Counted from the first letter of the stretch, positions 28,026 to 41,118 are shown. The stretch: DNA of 64,000 bases from Macrostomum hystrix (GCA_950097015.1 CATNEN010000029.1:3472001-3536000); one strand, 5' to 3'. Notes: generated by a model not told the origin, from the letters alone. Program-made: numbers and translations.

Positions 28026-28100
28026 GGTGGGTGTGGCGCATCGCTCCCCAGTCCATGGACTGAACAGATGTACACAGTACACAGCTTTGTGCAATAGCTG
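28026..28100 (+). mobile_element. 3' fragment of SINE family A
   Basis: GGGTGTGGCG...CCCCAGTCCATGGACTGAACAG matches the SINE A 3' region. Confidence 0.55.
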
Positions 28101-28162
28101 CGGCTTTGCCGCTAGCTGTACATGTTGGCTAGGTGTATTTTTTTTTCAGCTGAAAATAAGGA

Positions 28163-28289
28163 GGGCCTCCCTTTCCTTTGCTGCTTTCATATTTTGGTCT
28201 GGTCTGCTTTGGGGTGGGCCGGGTGATGGCTGACTGTGGGCTTCAAGATCACAGGCATAGCCCCACAGCTGTAGACTGGTCTAGTGACT
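28163..28289 (-). repeat. 127-bp segment, perfect inverted copy of 26050-26176
   Basis: Base-by-base reverse-complement identity. Confidence 0.95.
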
Positions 28290-28974
28290 TTCAGCTGTCT
28301 ATCACTTTTAAGCAACTAGGTGCACTTGCACCGCTCAAGGATCTTGTCAGTAGATACTACTAACTCTGACTACTCACTGATTTCTGGCTCTGATTCAGAC
28401 TCAGATTCGGATCATGACGGCTTTCGATTCTGCCAGTGGCACAAATTTTGTTGTCAGCAAGAGTGTCTGGGAAATCACAATTTATCCTGTACAACACTAC
28501 GGACTGTAAGTCCTAAGACTTCCCTGAATAGCTTTAAAAACGCGATAATAAAGTAATAAGGTAAAGTAAAAAAAAGAATGTGACGACGACCATCGTTGGG
28601 AATTATTAGAAAACTGTTGAGAATTCGTAGGAATTCTTCTTCAGGAATTATTATTCTTAGGAGTTAGTTTCATTATTTTTTTCCCCGCTTTTTCCCATTC
28701 ATGCTTTTAGCATTTGTTTTTAGTCCGTTTCGATTCACAGTGATTGCTTTCGATTAAAATATAAAATAGACAAAAATCAGCACCTTTAGTGAGTGCGCAT
28801 TTTATAATAATACGAGCTAATAATCATCTCATCATGATTGACCAGATTTATTGATGTCCGCGTCTTTGCGAGTATAACAGCATGAACGTCAGGACTATAC
28901 AGTCGGCAGGTGCTGTATGACACGTGTAATCCAGGCGAGCGCGCCCATGACGCAAATAGATTACACTTTTCGAC

Positions 28975-29120
28975 GCAGGCATGTACGAGTAAGAGTACGA
29001 GTATGTACGAGTACACTTTCACTTGGAGGTTGGCCCTCATGGTCGGAAATTGTACATCAAGCCCCCAAGCCTTCTCTCCGCGGCTGCGCCCCAAATTAGC
29101 GTGGCCTCGCCGCGGAATCA
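28975..29120 (-). mobile_element. SINE family B copy (5'-truncated)
   Basis: Shares TTGGAGGTTGGCCC, CAAGCC.CCAAGCCTTCTCTCCGCGGCTGCGCCCCAAAT and GTGGCCTCGCCGCGGAATC with the reverse complement of 32445-32616. It has a GTACTC-type repeated tail. Confidence 0.7.
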
Positions 29121-29915
29121 AGTGGCACTCACCCGCTTCCTAAAGACGTTTGTAGTCGTGAATGGTAAATTTTTTGAAAGTGTGATATCACTGGCAAACG
29201 AAAAAATTACGAGCGTACAGGTCATGATTCTCAATAACGCTTGTACGAACTATTGCCTGTATGCTGGCGAGTAAACACCAAAGCAGAAAACCAGCACTTG
29301 CTAGCTCCATAAATCCATAAATGGAAGTCGGGACTAACTGTACCTTTCTGCACACCCGACTTGATAATCATGGAAGTCGCAACTATTTAAAGTACAAGGC
29401 CTAAAAGCATTATGACGATCGATGCGATCGTCATATTTAGAGTCAAGATTTATTTCCCTAATGAAAACAGGCGAGACAGCAAAAAAATTTGCTTTCCTTG
29501 TACACCAATCTCCCTTGTCATATTTACGAGTAATTCGAAAAAGCCAGAAGGATGCCAACAGTAAGAATATATACAAAGACTGGGCGAGTTGGAAGCCTCC
29601 AGTCTCGAAGTGGATGCTATAAAATGAAGCGATATTTTTATTAGGAAAACCGGTTTTTTATTTATAGAGCAAATATTAAGCTTGCTATACTACTAATATA
29701 TCACGAGTAGGCAGTGTGCGAACTTAGTGTCCATTTTTTATGAAGGTGAAAATCAAGGCAACGGAGGTGTGCACCGCTTTTTAACGACTTCGCTTCCATT
29801 CGCCGTAATAAATAAGGCGGATATGAAACAGTCTTATCTAAATCAAAATTGCACATTGTGGAAGTTAAAAAAGTTGAATTCAAAGGTTTTAACGCGTTGA
29901 GAGAGCAGCTGCGGA

Positions 29916-32143
29916 TTAGGGCAGGTAGCCAAGCGCAGCGGCAAAATCTGGCGTGGAACCTCCGCCTCCACTGCTGCTGCTGTCAGCTACTCGGGCTGAG
30001 ACACCAGTAGGTCGGAGCCGCCGAACTTGCTGCTTCTGCTGTTGCTGCTGCTGCTGCTGCTGTTGCTGGTTTTGACGGCTGCTGCTGCTAGAGCGGTGGT
30101 GAATTCGATGCGGTTGCAGCTCGGAGACTGCTCCACTGTTAGATCGATTGACCGGCTTCTGCAGTTGCTGCTGCTGCTGCAGCGGCTGCCAGGCCATGCC
30201 AGGTAGCGGCCTGGCTGTGGGTACCACTCGCGCCACCGGCTTGGTGGGATCGGCTACCTGCTGCTGTTCCGTCGGCGTTGGTGGCAATTCAAATCGGCGA
30301 CGTTCTGATTGGCCAGCGGCCGATCGGCTCGGCTGGGCTGGTGGCTGAACTGTTGGCGCGAAAGCGTACATCGGCTGCCGCGGATGCTGGTCGCTGGAAG
30401 GCGCAGCCGGCTGCTGCTGAGCCGTCCCCGCACTGTCGAAGGGGGTCAGGCTGGTTGGACATCTGCGGAAATCGTGATTAATTTATATTCATTAAACCAT
30501 CGCCTCCTAGGGCCATGCACCTTCGCTTTTTATTGTTACTTTTTATTGTTTTATTGTTACTTAGATATGCTTCTTGCCTTGAAGGCGCCGGCTGCAGCTG
30601 TCTCGCCTTGATGTTCCCGTCTGACGGGAATTTGGCGCCAACGTTGAATCCAGGGCCCGAAGGCGGCGCGCTTCTCGGCGGCAGCCTCGGCGGGTGCTGC
30701 TGAGCCGAGGACGTCGCCTCGGAGTAGTCGGCTCGGAGGCCGCTTGTTGGCGGCCTTGGCGGTCGCTGGCTTTGTGTTGGCACCGGTATTCGACTTTGAG
30801 GCTGTCTGACTTCGTTGCTGCTTTGATGACTGAAATTGACTGTCTGCTGCTGCTGCTGCTGGCGTTTCTCATGCACTGCCCTGCGCACCTCCTGCAGCTC
30901 CTGGAAGCCCATGTATTCGTACTCGGGTATGTTAAACACGCGTAGCTCCTTGTACTTGTCGAAGATCGTGCCAGAGGCTGTTCGTCGAATCGGTCCCGCA
31001 TCGTCATCATCTCTGTCATTGGCTGCCGCGTCGTCCTCGTTGGCCGGATCAGCCAACGCAGCTGCTGAAGGCGCCTGAGTTGCGGGAACGTCGAGGTGCG
31101 CCGGGCTAGGGCTATGTGCCTGAGCGGTGGTCGACTTTAGCAGCAGAGGCTGGGACGCCCACTTGTTCATGCCGACCTTCTCATCAGACTGCTCGAGCTG
31201 CTGCTGCTGTTGCTGCCGGGCGCTGCTGGCAAACTGACTTCGAGTCTCCGCAGCCAGCCTCGCCCGACTGCGGCAGTCGACCTCGCGGATGAAGTCCAGC
31301 CCATCTCGCTCCGTCTCCAGCTGGTAGATGTGGCACTCCAGGAACTGAATGAGGCCTTGCGGCCGGCGGACAATCAGGCAGAGCATCGGTCTGTGCCGCG
31401 CCTTCGTCACTAGCCGGTGGTCCTTCTTGTGCAGAGGAATCAGCACGGACTCCGGCACAACCTCCGTGCCGTCGCTGTGTCGCCGAAAGTAGCCGAAGTG
31501 GCGCTTTCGGCCTTTCACGGTGTGAAATAGGACCACATCGATGTAGGCCAGCGAGTCCAGAGGGTACAACTCTGGCTGCTGCTGCTGCTGCTGGTCACAG
31601 CAAAGCATCATCAAATTCGGACTGTAGAAATAAGAAAAGAAAGGAAATTTTAGATTTAAATTGTTCTCCTCTTTTTTAAGTTAGCTCGTAAATATCAACT
31701 CGATTTCGCACTTGCAATGCTTCAAAGAGTTCAGCATAAAGCACATGAGCTCATCACTGCTTTCTAGAAGCTCTCGAAGTCTAAGAAGTGTCAAGTTGGA
31801 GAAGTATCGAGATCGTAGAATTTCGGAACTTAGAGGTTTCAGGTTGCGTTCAAGATTAAAAGTGCAAATTTCTGAATTCAGAAAGTTTTTAGTTCGGAGA
31901 ATTTCGGGCTTCGTGATACCATTCACGCACCCGTCAAAGCTGGCCACCCGCTCCGTCAGTCGGTCCACTCCCGCAGACTGCACGCCATTCGCCAGCAGGT
32001 GGCTCAGGTAGATCTCCTTCAGCGGTTTCTGCACAGAGCCGAAGCCTGTGCCGTTCGGCCTGCTGAGGGCCTGCCTGCCCAGCAGGGACAGCCGGAACTC
32101 GCGCGGTGATGATGATGCAGCCAGGCTGGCGTCTGGCTGCTGC

Positions 32144-32189
<46 letters not shown>

Positions 32190-32217
32190 TTTGCCTGTGG
32201 CTGCTGCTACGCAATTC
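29916..32217 (-). CDS. PTB/PID-like domain, polyQ-rich adaptor protein; exons 32217-31931, 31621-30578, 30462-29916; 5' exons unresolved
   Basis: REFRLSLLG...G.GSVQKPLKEIY followed by a beta-rich segment (FGYFRR...MLCLIVR...FLECHIYQLETE...FIREV) resembles a PTB fold. The 31931/31621 junction is GT-AG and in phase; the last junction needs a GC donor. Confidence 0.6.
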
Positions 32218-32444
32218 CTGCACAGAGGAGGCAGCGTGGAGACCGCGTCCGACTCTGGGCGACTTGCCGCTGCCGTGACCGGACAGGCTCAGCCCGAACT
32301 GTCAAGTTGGCGAGTTTTCATGGGATTCGAAGCTTTGGGACTTAACTATTTTTTAGGCTTAACTTTACTAATTTGAGGAATGAGTAGCTGATTGGGGATT
32401 CTGTCAGATTGAAAACAGATTGGGGATTCTGTCAGATTGGAGAC

Positions 32445-32616
32445 GGGGATCGGTGGGAGAGCGGTAAACGCGTTTGCCTCTCGATAAGGTTCCCAAGTTC
32501 GATTCTGCGGCGAGGCCACATTTATTTGGGGCGCAGCCGCGGAGAGAAGGCTTGGGGCTTGTCGTGAAATCTACGCCCTTGTGGGCCAACCTCCAAGGCA
32601 CAGTGAGAGTGTACAC
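32445..32616 (+). mobile_element. tRNA-derived SINE, family B (best copy)
   Basis: Head GGGGATCGGTGGGAGAGCGGTAAACGCG...AAGGTTCCCAAGTTCGATTC has A-box-like and B-box-like motifs. The body is shared with two other copies in the window. Confidence 0.75.
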
Positions 32617-32920
32617 TGCCTGACGATGAGAAAGTCAGGGCAGATGTACACACCCGTGTGAGCGTGCGCCTGTGTACGGTATAGATCTGTGTGCGTGTGT
32701 GCCCAGGATTCAGCGAAATGGGCAGAATTGCCTACTCGCTGGCTCCGGGTCTAGTGCATCAAATGATGTGCCATTGTCCGCAGCCCTCCTGCAAAAATAA
32801 TAATAACAGATTGTAGACGGATTTGGGATTACTCTCGGGTATTTGTGATGATGTCAAATTTAAATGCTTCCTATTTCACCGAGATATTCTGAAGCCGACC
32901 CTATGGGCAAAACCATTAGG

Positions 32921-34213
32921 AAGGGTAGGTACAGCAGAACCAGTAGGAAGGGTAGGTACAGCAGAACCAGTAGGAAGGGTAGGTACAGCAGAACCAGTAG
33001 GAAGGGTAGGTACAGCAGAACCAGTAGGAAGGGTAGGTACAGCAGAACCAGTAGGAAGGGTAGGTAGAGCAGAACCAGTAGGAAGGGTAGGTACAGCAGA
33101 ACCAGTAGGAAGGGTAGGTAGAGCAGAACCAGTACGAAGGGTAGGTACAGCAGAACCAGTAGGAAGGGTAGGTAGAGCAGAACCAGTAGGAAGGGTAGGT
33201 ACAGCAGAACCAGTAGGAAGGGTAGGTACAGCAGAACCAGTAGGAAGGGTAGGTACAGCAGAACCAGTAGGAAGGGTAGGTAGAGCAGAACCAGTACGAA
33301 GGGTAGGTACAGCAAAACCATTAGGAAGGGTAGGTACAGCAGAACCAGTAGGAAGGGTAGGTACAGCAGAACCAGTAGGAAGGGTAGGTACAGCAGAACC
33401 AGTAGGAAGGGTAGGTAGAGCAGAACCAGTACGAAGGGTAGGTACAGCAGAACCAGTAGGAAGGGTAGGTAGAGCAGAACCAGTACGAAGGGTAGGTACA
33501 GCAGAACCAGTAGGAAGGGTAGGTAGAGCAGAACCAGTACGAAGGGTAGGTACAGCAGAACCAGTAGGAAGGGTAGGTACAGCAGAACCAGTAGGAAGAG
33601 TAGGTACAGCAGAACCAGTAGGAAGGGTAGGTACAGCAGAACCAGTAGGAAGGGTAGGTATAGCAGAACCAGTAGGAAGGGTAGGTATAGCAGAACCAGT
33701 AGGAAGGGTAGGTACAGCAGAACCAGTAGGAAGGGTAGGTAGAGCAGAACCAGTAGGAAGGGTAGGTAGAGCAGAACCAGTAGGAAGGGTAGGTAGAGCA
33801 GAACCAGTAGGAAGGGTAGGTAGAGCAGAACCAGTAGGAAGGGTAGGTAGAGCAGAACCAGTACGAAGGGTAGGTACAGCAGAACCAGTAGGAAGGGTAG
33901 GTACAGCAGAACCAGTAGGAAGGGTAGGTAGAGCAGAACCAGTAGGAAGGGTAGGTAGAGCAGAACCAGTAGGAAGGGTAGGTAGAGCAGAACCAGTAGG
34001 AAGGGTAGGTAGAGCAGAACCAGAAGGAAGGGTAGGTACAGCAGAACCCGTAGGAAGGGTAGGTACAGCAGAACCAGTAGGAAGGGTAGGTAGAGCAGAA
34101 CCAGTAGGAAGGGTAGGTACAGCAGAACCAGTAGGAAGGGTAGGTACAGCAGAACCAGTACGAAGGGTAGGTAGAGCAGAACCAGTAGGAAGGGTAGGTA
34201 CAGCAGAACCAGT
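32921..34213. repeat. 27-bp minisatellite (GTAGGAAGGGTAGGTACAGCAGAACCA)n
   Basis: About 47 tandem units; the 489-aa and 458-aa ORFs here are artefacts of the repeat. Confidence 0.98.
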
Positions 34214-34924
34214 ACTATCGAATGAATCAGTCGCATGGATGCCTTACTCAGCTGAGCAGATGAATCAGTGGAGCACGCAGAAGCTAAGATAAGTCGCTAC
34301 AGTGAAACCTAGACAGATTGAACTAATATACCTTACCTTGAGCTGCTGCTACACCTACTGCATTCTGGTCGGATGAATTTATTGAAGGTATCGCAGAGCG
34401 CTAACACTCTGATGTACGCTTCCTCACCTGCGTCCAACTAAATGTAAATGAATGACGCCTATTGTACAAACTGCAATAAGCCTTCCCTAGTTTAGGCCTG
34501 CTCTTACACATGCTGCTGGATGCCACGGGGAAGAGAATGGGACAGAAGGGACAGGATCAGCCAAGGGAAGGATTCTATCCATGGTTCTGGCAGCAATGGA
34601 AGGTAAGGAATAGAGAAAAATCGGTGCATTGAGAACGGCGACTCAGTTTGCACTGAGCTTGACCCGACCACCCCGCCCTTAGCTGCACCGTGTTTGCCCG
34701 CCATGGAGAATGTCTAAAAGTAGCTGAGTTTAGTCAGTCGCTAAATTTGGCTCGCCAGCTCCTGCTATGGCGCTGAGAATGAAGTTGTACTTGCTCTCGC
34801 TCACTAGTCAGTTAAGCTGTTGAGTTGGTCGACTCAAAAAAGGGATTAATGAATTACGAGTACGTACTGTACTCGTACTTAAAAAAGCAGCTCTAAGTTC
34901 CGTTTGAGAGCATGCTAGATCCCT

Positions 34925-35357
34925 GATTACCCGAATCTCAGATTACCCGAATCTTAGATTACCCGAATCTTAGATTACCCGAATCTCAGATTACCCGAAT
35001 CTCAGATTACCCGAATCTTAGATTACCCGAATCTCAGATTACCCGAAGCTCAGATTACCCGAATCTTAGATTACCCGAATCTTAGATTACCCGAATCTCA
35101 GATTACCCGAATCTCAGATTACCCGAATCTCAGATTACCCCAATTTCAGATTACCCAAATCTCAGATTACCCGAATCTCAGATTACCCGAATCTCAGATT
35201 ACCCGAATCTCAGATTACCCGAATCTCAGATTACCCGAATCTTAGATTACCCGAATCTTAGATTACCCGAATCTCAGATTACCCGAATCTCAGATTACCC
35301 GAATCTCAGATTACCCGAATCTCAGATTACCCGAATCTCAGATTACCCGAATCTCAG
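34925..35357. repeat. 16-bp minisatellite (GATTACCCGAATCTCA)n
   Basis: About 27 tandem units. Confidence 0.97.
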
Positions 35358-36599
35358 TTTCAAAAAAAATTGACGATGTTCCAAATTTCGCGTTTTTTAT
35401 TGTAGAAATCTGAAACCTCAGAATTTTTTTTCCGAATTCCGAATTTCGAATTAGTTTTCGGATTTGAAAATTAAAACATTAAAAGCCAGAATTGCACACA
35501 GTGAGCTCTCACGGGCATTCCAAAGCAAATTGGTTAATCTTTGTGTCCTTTTTTGAAGCTACAGTGGCTTTTCTTCCTTATCTGACAGGCAGTGTCCGAA
35601 ATTCGGGCCGAGGCGAAGCCGTATGCAGCGAAAGTGTGAATCTGTTCCGCTTCTCAAAGTTTTTTCAACTTATATTACACACTCACGCACGGCCATAACT
35701 ATTTCTGCTTTGACAAAAGGCCTTGCGGTCTGCTTTCGGGTGTCTGGGCTTCCCTTTTGTACCGCCTAGCTGCTCCCCTTCTTCCCCAGCCTGTGCTCCG
35801 CATTCCCTGCCCTCCGCAGTCAATACAACGTGGACGCAGCGAATAGCCCTGGCTTGGGAGTTCTGCAGCTCTGCCCCCCAGCCATTGGCGGCCCAGCACC
35901 CGTGTAGCTACACTTCCTCGTCCCCCTTTAATTCTTCACTTCTTGTGGAAACGCTTTTCCCGGTCACCCGGGTTGGGAAGCCGTCAGGTCCATGACTCAC
36001 CGACAGAGCGCCCGCTTCCTCCCCATCTCCCTGTGCAACCTCCTCCGACCCCGAGGGTAGGCGAATATGGCAATCAGTTTGCCGACTGGGGATTTCTGTG
36101 TCTGGGATTAGACTGCAAGGAAACAAAAAGCTGCACCAATAATGATCATCAAATTTGGACAGCCCGGGGCTGGTCCAATACGCGGCTCAATTGGCTCAAT
36201 CTGATCTGATCATCATCATACATCTGGGAAATCTAGGCCGAGCCTGAGGAATTGGAAAAAAATCGGCGCCAGTGAAAATAGATTTAGCCTGTGTGACCAA
36301 CTCGGCGATGAAAGCATTTTGTTCAAATCTCCGAGATTGCGTAATAGCAAGCCTTGGAGCAGCGGCTCAATGCCTGCCAGCACTAATTAGTGAGGCCGTC
36401 CCAGCTTGCAGGCACTGTCACTAGTGACAGGACTAGTTGTTCAATCCCAGTGATTAGCGTACACTTTTTCTTGATCCTCGTATCAATTATTCGAAATCCT
36501 CTGTTAATACGAGCAGATGAGCGCATATTATTTATACTGTTTAATCAAGCATTTTAACTGTTCTCATTTTTGCTCTGATAGTAAGAACACTATTTAGCC

Positions 36600-38205
36600 A
36601 TATTTGAGCGTCACTTTGCGTATCATTTGAACGTCAATTTGTGCGTCACTTAAGCGTCTGTTTCTGTCACTTGAGTGTCTGCTTGTGTGTCATTTGAGCG
36701 TCTGCTTGTGTGTCATTTGACCGTCTGTTTGTGTGTCATTTGAGCGTCTGCTTGTGTGTCATTTGAGCGTCTGTTTGTGTGTCACTTAAGCGTCTGTTTG
36801 TGTGTCATTTGAGCGTCTGCTTGTGTGTCATTTGAGCGTCTGTTTGTGTGTCACTTGAGCGTCTGTTTGTGTGTCATTTGAGCGTCTGCTTGTGTGTCAT
36901 TTGAGCGTCTGTTTGTGTGTCACTTGAGCGTCTGTTTGTGTGTCATTTGAGCGTCTGCTTGTGTGTCATTTGAGCGTCTGTTTGTGTGTCATTTGAACGT
37001 CAATTTGTGCGTCACTTAAGCGTCTGTTTCTGTCACGTGAGCGTCTGCTTGTGTGTCATTTGAGCGTCAGTTTGTGTGTCACTTGAGCGTCAGTTTGTGT
37101 GTCATTTGAGCGTCTGCTTGTGTGTCATTTGAACGTCAATTTGTGCGTCACTTAAGCGTCTGTTTCTGTCACGTGAGCGTCTGCTTGTGTGTCATTTGAG
37201 CGTCAGTTTGTGTGTCACTTGAGCGTCAGTTTGTGTGTCATTTGAGCGTCTGCTTGTGTGTCATTTGAACGTCAATTTGTGCGTCACTTAAGCGTCTGTT
37301 TCTGTCACGTGAGCGTCTGCTTGTGTGTCATTTGAGCGTCAGTTTGTGTGTCACTTGAGCGTCAGTTTGTGTGTCATTTGAGCGTCTGCTTGTGTGTCAT
37401 TTGAACGTCAATTTGTGCGTCACTTAAGCGTCTGTTTCTGTCACTTGAGCGTCTGCTTGTGTGTCATTTGAGCGTCAGTTTGTGTGTCACTTGAGCGTCA
37501 GTTTGTGTGTCATTTGAGCGTCTGCTTGTGTGTCATTTGAACGTCAATTTGTGCGTCACTTAAGCGTCTGTTTCTGTCACTTGAGCGTCTGCTTGTGTGT
37601 CATTTGAGCGTCAGTTTGTGTGTCACTTGAGCGTCAGTTTGTGTGTCATTTGAGCGTCTGCTTGTGTGTCATTTGAACGTCAATTTGTGCGTCACTTAAG
37701 CGTCTGTTTCTGTCACTTGAGCGTCTGCTTGTGTATCATTTGAGCGTCAGTTTGTGTGTTATTTGAGCGTCTGCTTGTGTGTCATTTGAGCGCCAGTTTG
37801 TGTGTCACTTGAGCGTCAGTTTGTGTGTCATTTGAGCGTCTGCTTGTGTGTCATTTGAACGTCAATTTGTGCGTCACTTAAGCGTCTGTTTCTGTCACTT
37901 GAGTGTCTGCTTGTGTGTCATTTGAGCGTCTGCTTGTGTGTCATTTGAGCGTCTGTTTGTGTGTCATTTGAGCGTCTGCTTGTGTGTCATTTCAGCGTCT
38001 GTTTGTGTGTCACTTGAGCGTCAGTTTGTGTGTCATTTGAGCGTCTGCTTGTGTGTCATTTGAGCGTCAGTTTGTGTGTCACTTGAGCGTCAGTTTGTGT
38101 GTCATTTGAGCGTCAGTTTGTGTGTCATTTGAGCGTCTGCTTGTGTGTCATTTGAGCGTCTGCTTGTGTGTCACTTAAGCGTCTGTTTGTGTGTCATTTG
38201 AGCGT
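36600..38205. repeat. 23-bp minisatellite (GAGCGTCTGCTTGTGTGTCATTT)n with 136-bp higher-order repeat
   Basis: The variant monomer GAACGTCAATTTGTGCGTCACTT recurs at 36995, 37131, 37267, 37403, 37539 and 37675. Confidence 0.97.
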
Positions 38206-39111
38206 TTATTAGCTTTCAAAATGATTCAGGTTCTTTTGAATCGAAAACTTGCATTCTCATTTCGGACTTTTGTCCGAGTATATACGAGTATATACCACCT
38301 AAATAATTAGAAGAAAGTCTGCTAATTTGATATGCACGTTGCAACTTTGAAATTGGCTTGCTTTCAGGTACTGACAAAACTGAGTTGCTAAATTGGATCC
38401 CGGCAGACAGAATCTGCACCTTCATATTTTTATTGATTTTAGCTAGTATATACCCGAAAATGTCAGCAACAGGGCTAGTAAAACAGTGCTGACTAACGCT
38501 CTATAAGTTCCTCCACTTGTTGAAAGCCAGGTTAACTGCATGTTTGCTTTTGTTGCCCAACGGTCATGGGGCATGACTCGAAGTTCCTTAAAAATGTAAT
38601 CCTTTAGTTAAAAGTTAAAAGGCCATAGTTTTCTCAACGGCCGTATGTTGTCTTTCGAGAAAACTAAAAGATTCTGCCAAATCTACGGACAGCCTAAGAG
38701 TGCATAGTAAGAGTAAATTATCTAAGAGTTTTAAAAAATAATGCTAATCGATTGAGTGCCAGAGGTTCATGTCCTTAAGGAAGCGTTTGTGGGACAGCTG
38801 ACTATCAATAGGCTTGTGGAACTGTCTTAGAAGTGTCAATCAACTTACCTGGCCATGGCAGGGTATATTCTCTGGCTGGGGGAATGAGTCATCCCATCTC
38901 TTTCCGCTCTGTAGGACTCGCGTGACGGGACGACTACATTATCATTATCCCAGCCTTACTACAAGGATGCATTTAGAAAGGCCGAATTTACCTAGCTTGT
39001 TATGCTCTGTTCCTTGCATCTTATTATCTTTTTCTCCGCGTGTTTATTGTTAAAGTAAATTAAAAGCTTAATTTTTTTCCTGAGCTGGCTGACAATCTCA
39101 CCTTAGTCCCG

Positions 39112-39245
39112 TCTCTAATCTCTGCTTATTCTCGTCTCTAATCTCACCTGATTCACGTCTCTAATCTCACCTGATTCACGTCTCTAATCTCACCTGATTC
39201 ACGTCTCTAATCTCAGCTCAGTCTCGTCTCTAATTTCACCTGAGT
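39112..39245. repeat. Short 23-bp tandem repeat (TCTCTAATCTCACCTGATTCACG)
   Basis: About 5 units. Confidence 0.8.
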
Positions 39246-40004
39246 CTGGTCATTCCTAATCCCATCTCACCTCAGCATCCTAGCTGTGTCTCGAATCTCA
39301 AGTAAGTCGTGTGCTGTCCCTCAGGTGCCAAATTTTTTACCTTTCCCTCTCCTATTGAGGAGGCCTCATTTCCTTTATTCTGTTATAATCCATTTCGATG
39401 CGCTGGCTGGATGACTAATAGCTTTATTTCTCTGAAAGCACATCGATTTCATCTCTCTCAGCCCAGTTCTGCTCCAAAGACCTCGCTTCACCTCAGTCTA
39501 AGAGTTTCCATTTTTTACTCGCTCTATAAGGCCCCTTGAATTTGAAGCATTCTACACACAGTCGCTCGATAAGGTAAGTGGTAGAATACGCTAAGAATGA
39601 AACCAAGTAATATATAAAGCTTAGCATTAGTAAGAGTGGGTAAGACAAGCCATTAGTCACAGCCTGTTCCAGCGCAGCTATAACGTTGTTCGGTCAATTA
39701 TTTCGTTGTAAAACCTAAAACAAAATATTAGAAAAATCTTTACTAATATACTATAGAGGTTAATAGTGCATTGAATCCCAGACCAGAACAGGAGACTTTA
39801 CGCAAGCGTTCTTTGCTGATTGGCAACTAAACTATATGGCTGATGACTACATACATTAGACGCTTATGCTACGCATGCCTGCGCCCTGAAGAAGACTTGG
39901 CGTATGCAGCGTCTGACATTTCAGACATTCCTAAGCATAGACTTGCTGTGTTGTTTATCAGCCTGTCTCACCCATGACCATTATTATTAAAGTTGTAATT
40001 GAAA

Positions 40005-40180
40005 CAGAACACTTACGACTTGAAGGTCGGGGGTTCGATTCTCGACTCCAATTTGCATCTTTTAGCAAGACACTTAACTCTGCATTGCTTCATTTCAGCC
40101 GGCTGTAGCATTAGCTATCGTACGAGTAGCAATTAGGGTCAGAGTGTTGGCCCCCAGTCCATGGACTAAGCAACACTGCA
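40005..40180 (+). mobile_element. Degenerate SINE family A copy
   Basis: GGGTTCGATTCTCGACTCCA, GCAAGACACTTAACTCTGCATTGCTTCA and CCCCCAGTCCATGGACT match family A. Confidence 0.7.
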
Positions 40181-40533
40181 CACATCCTTTGGATGCGTTT
40201 ATTTCTCGATAACGTTTATTTCTTCAGTGTGGAGTTGGTAGCTCGTGGAAGCATCCGTGTAAAGTCGCGCAAAGTTCTCAAGAAAACTGATTCGCAGTTT
40301 ATATTTCCAAGCAAGCAAATAACATTTGGACGCAGTGAAGAAGCATTGTTGCGGGGCAAAGTGCAAAAGCATATAGAAGGAGTGCTGTTATTAAAGTGAT
40401 CTTAAGTTTTAAATTTAATGCTTGAAATCCGATCAAAAAGCTGTGAAACAAAAGTACTTTTAAAATTTGTTATTGCACATCATGCATCTCATGCATTTAA
40501 AAAAATGTATCTTTTATGGTGGGAAATTATCCC

Positions 40534-41118
40534 TCTAGAATCAGGACATATGTAGGGGTCACTCTAGAATCAGGACCTATGTAGGGGTCACTCTAGAATC
40601 AGGACCTATGTAGGGGTCACTCTAGAATCAGGACATATGTAGGGGTCACTCTAGAATCAGGACCTATGTAGGGGTCACTCTAGAATCAGGAACTCGGTCG
40701 GGGTCACTCTAGAATCAGGAACTTGGTCAGGGTCACTCTAGAATCAGGAACTCGTTTGGGGTCACTCTAGAATCAGGAACTCGTTTGGGGTCACTCTAGA
40801 ATCAGGAACTCGGTCGGGGTCACTCTAGAATCAGGAACTTGGTCGGGGTCACTCTAGAATCAGCAACTCGGTCGGGGTCACTCTAGAATCAGCAACTCGG
40901 TCGGGGTCACTCTAGAATCAGCAACTCGGTCGGGGTCACTCTAGAATCAGGAACTTGGTCGGGGTCACTCTAGAATCAGCAACTCGGTCGGGGTCACTCT
41001 AGAATCAGCAACTCGGTCGGGGTCACTCTAGAATCAGGAACTCGGTCGGGGTCACTCTAGAATCAGGAACTTGGTCGGGGTCACTCTAAGAATCAGGAAC
41101 TTGGTCAGGGGCACTCTA
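40534..41118. repeat. 29-bp minisatellite (CTCTAGAATCAGGAACTCGGTCGGGGTCA)n
   Basis: About 20 units with a polar gradient from ACCTATGTA to AACTCGGTC variants. Confidence 0.96.

Noticed and set aside
32615-32650. Possible hammerhead core CTGACGA...GAAA
   Set aside because: There is no stem II between the motifs; the region folds as a simple hairpin.
32823-34292. 489-aa and 458-aa ORFs
   Set aside because: They are translations of a 27-bp minisatellite that happens to lack stops.
34337-36126. Candidate 5' exons of the PTB-like gene (about 34427-34337, 34704-34508, near 36000)
   Set aside because: Splice-like signals exist, but I could not join them in consistent phase.
36600-38205. CRISPR-like appearance of this and other arrays
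   Set aside because: Units are directly adjacent with no unique spacers, there are no cas genes, and the context is eukaryotic.
39885-39935. Possible hammerhead core CTGAAGA-AGAC...GTCT-GACA
   Set aside because: It has GACA instead of GAAA and no convincing stems I and III.
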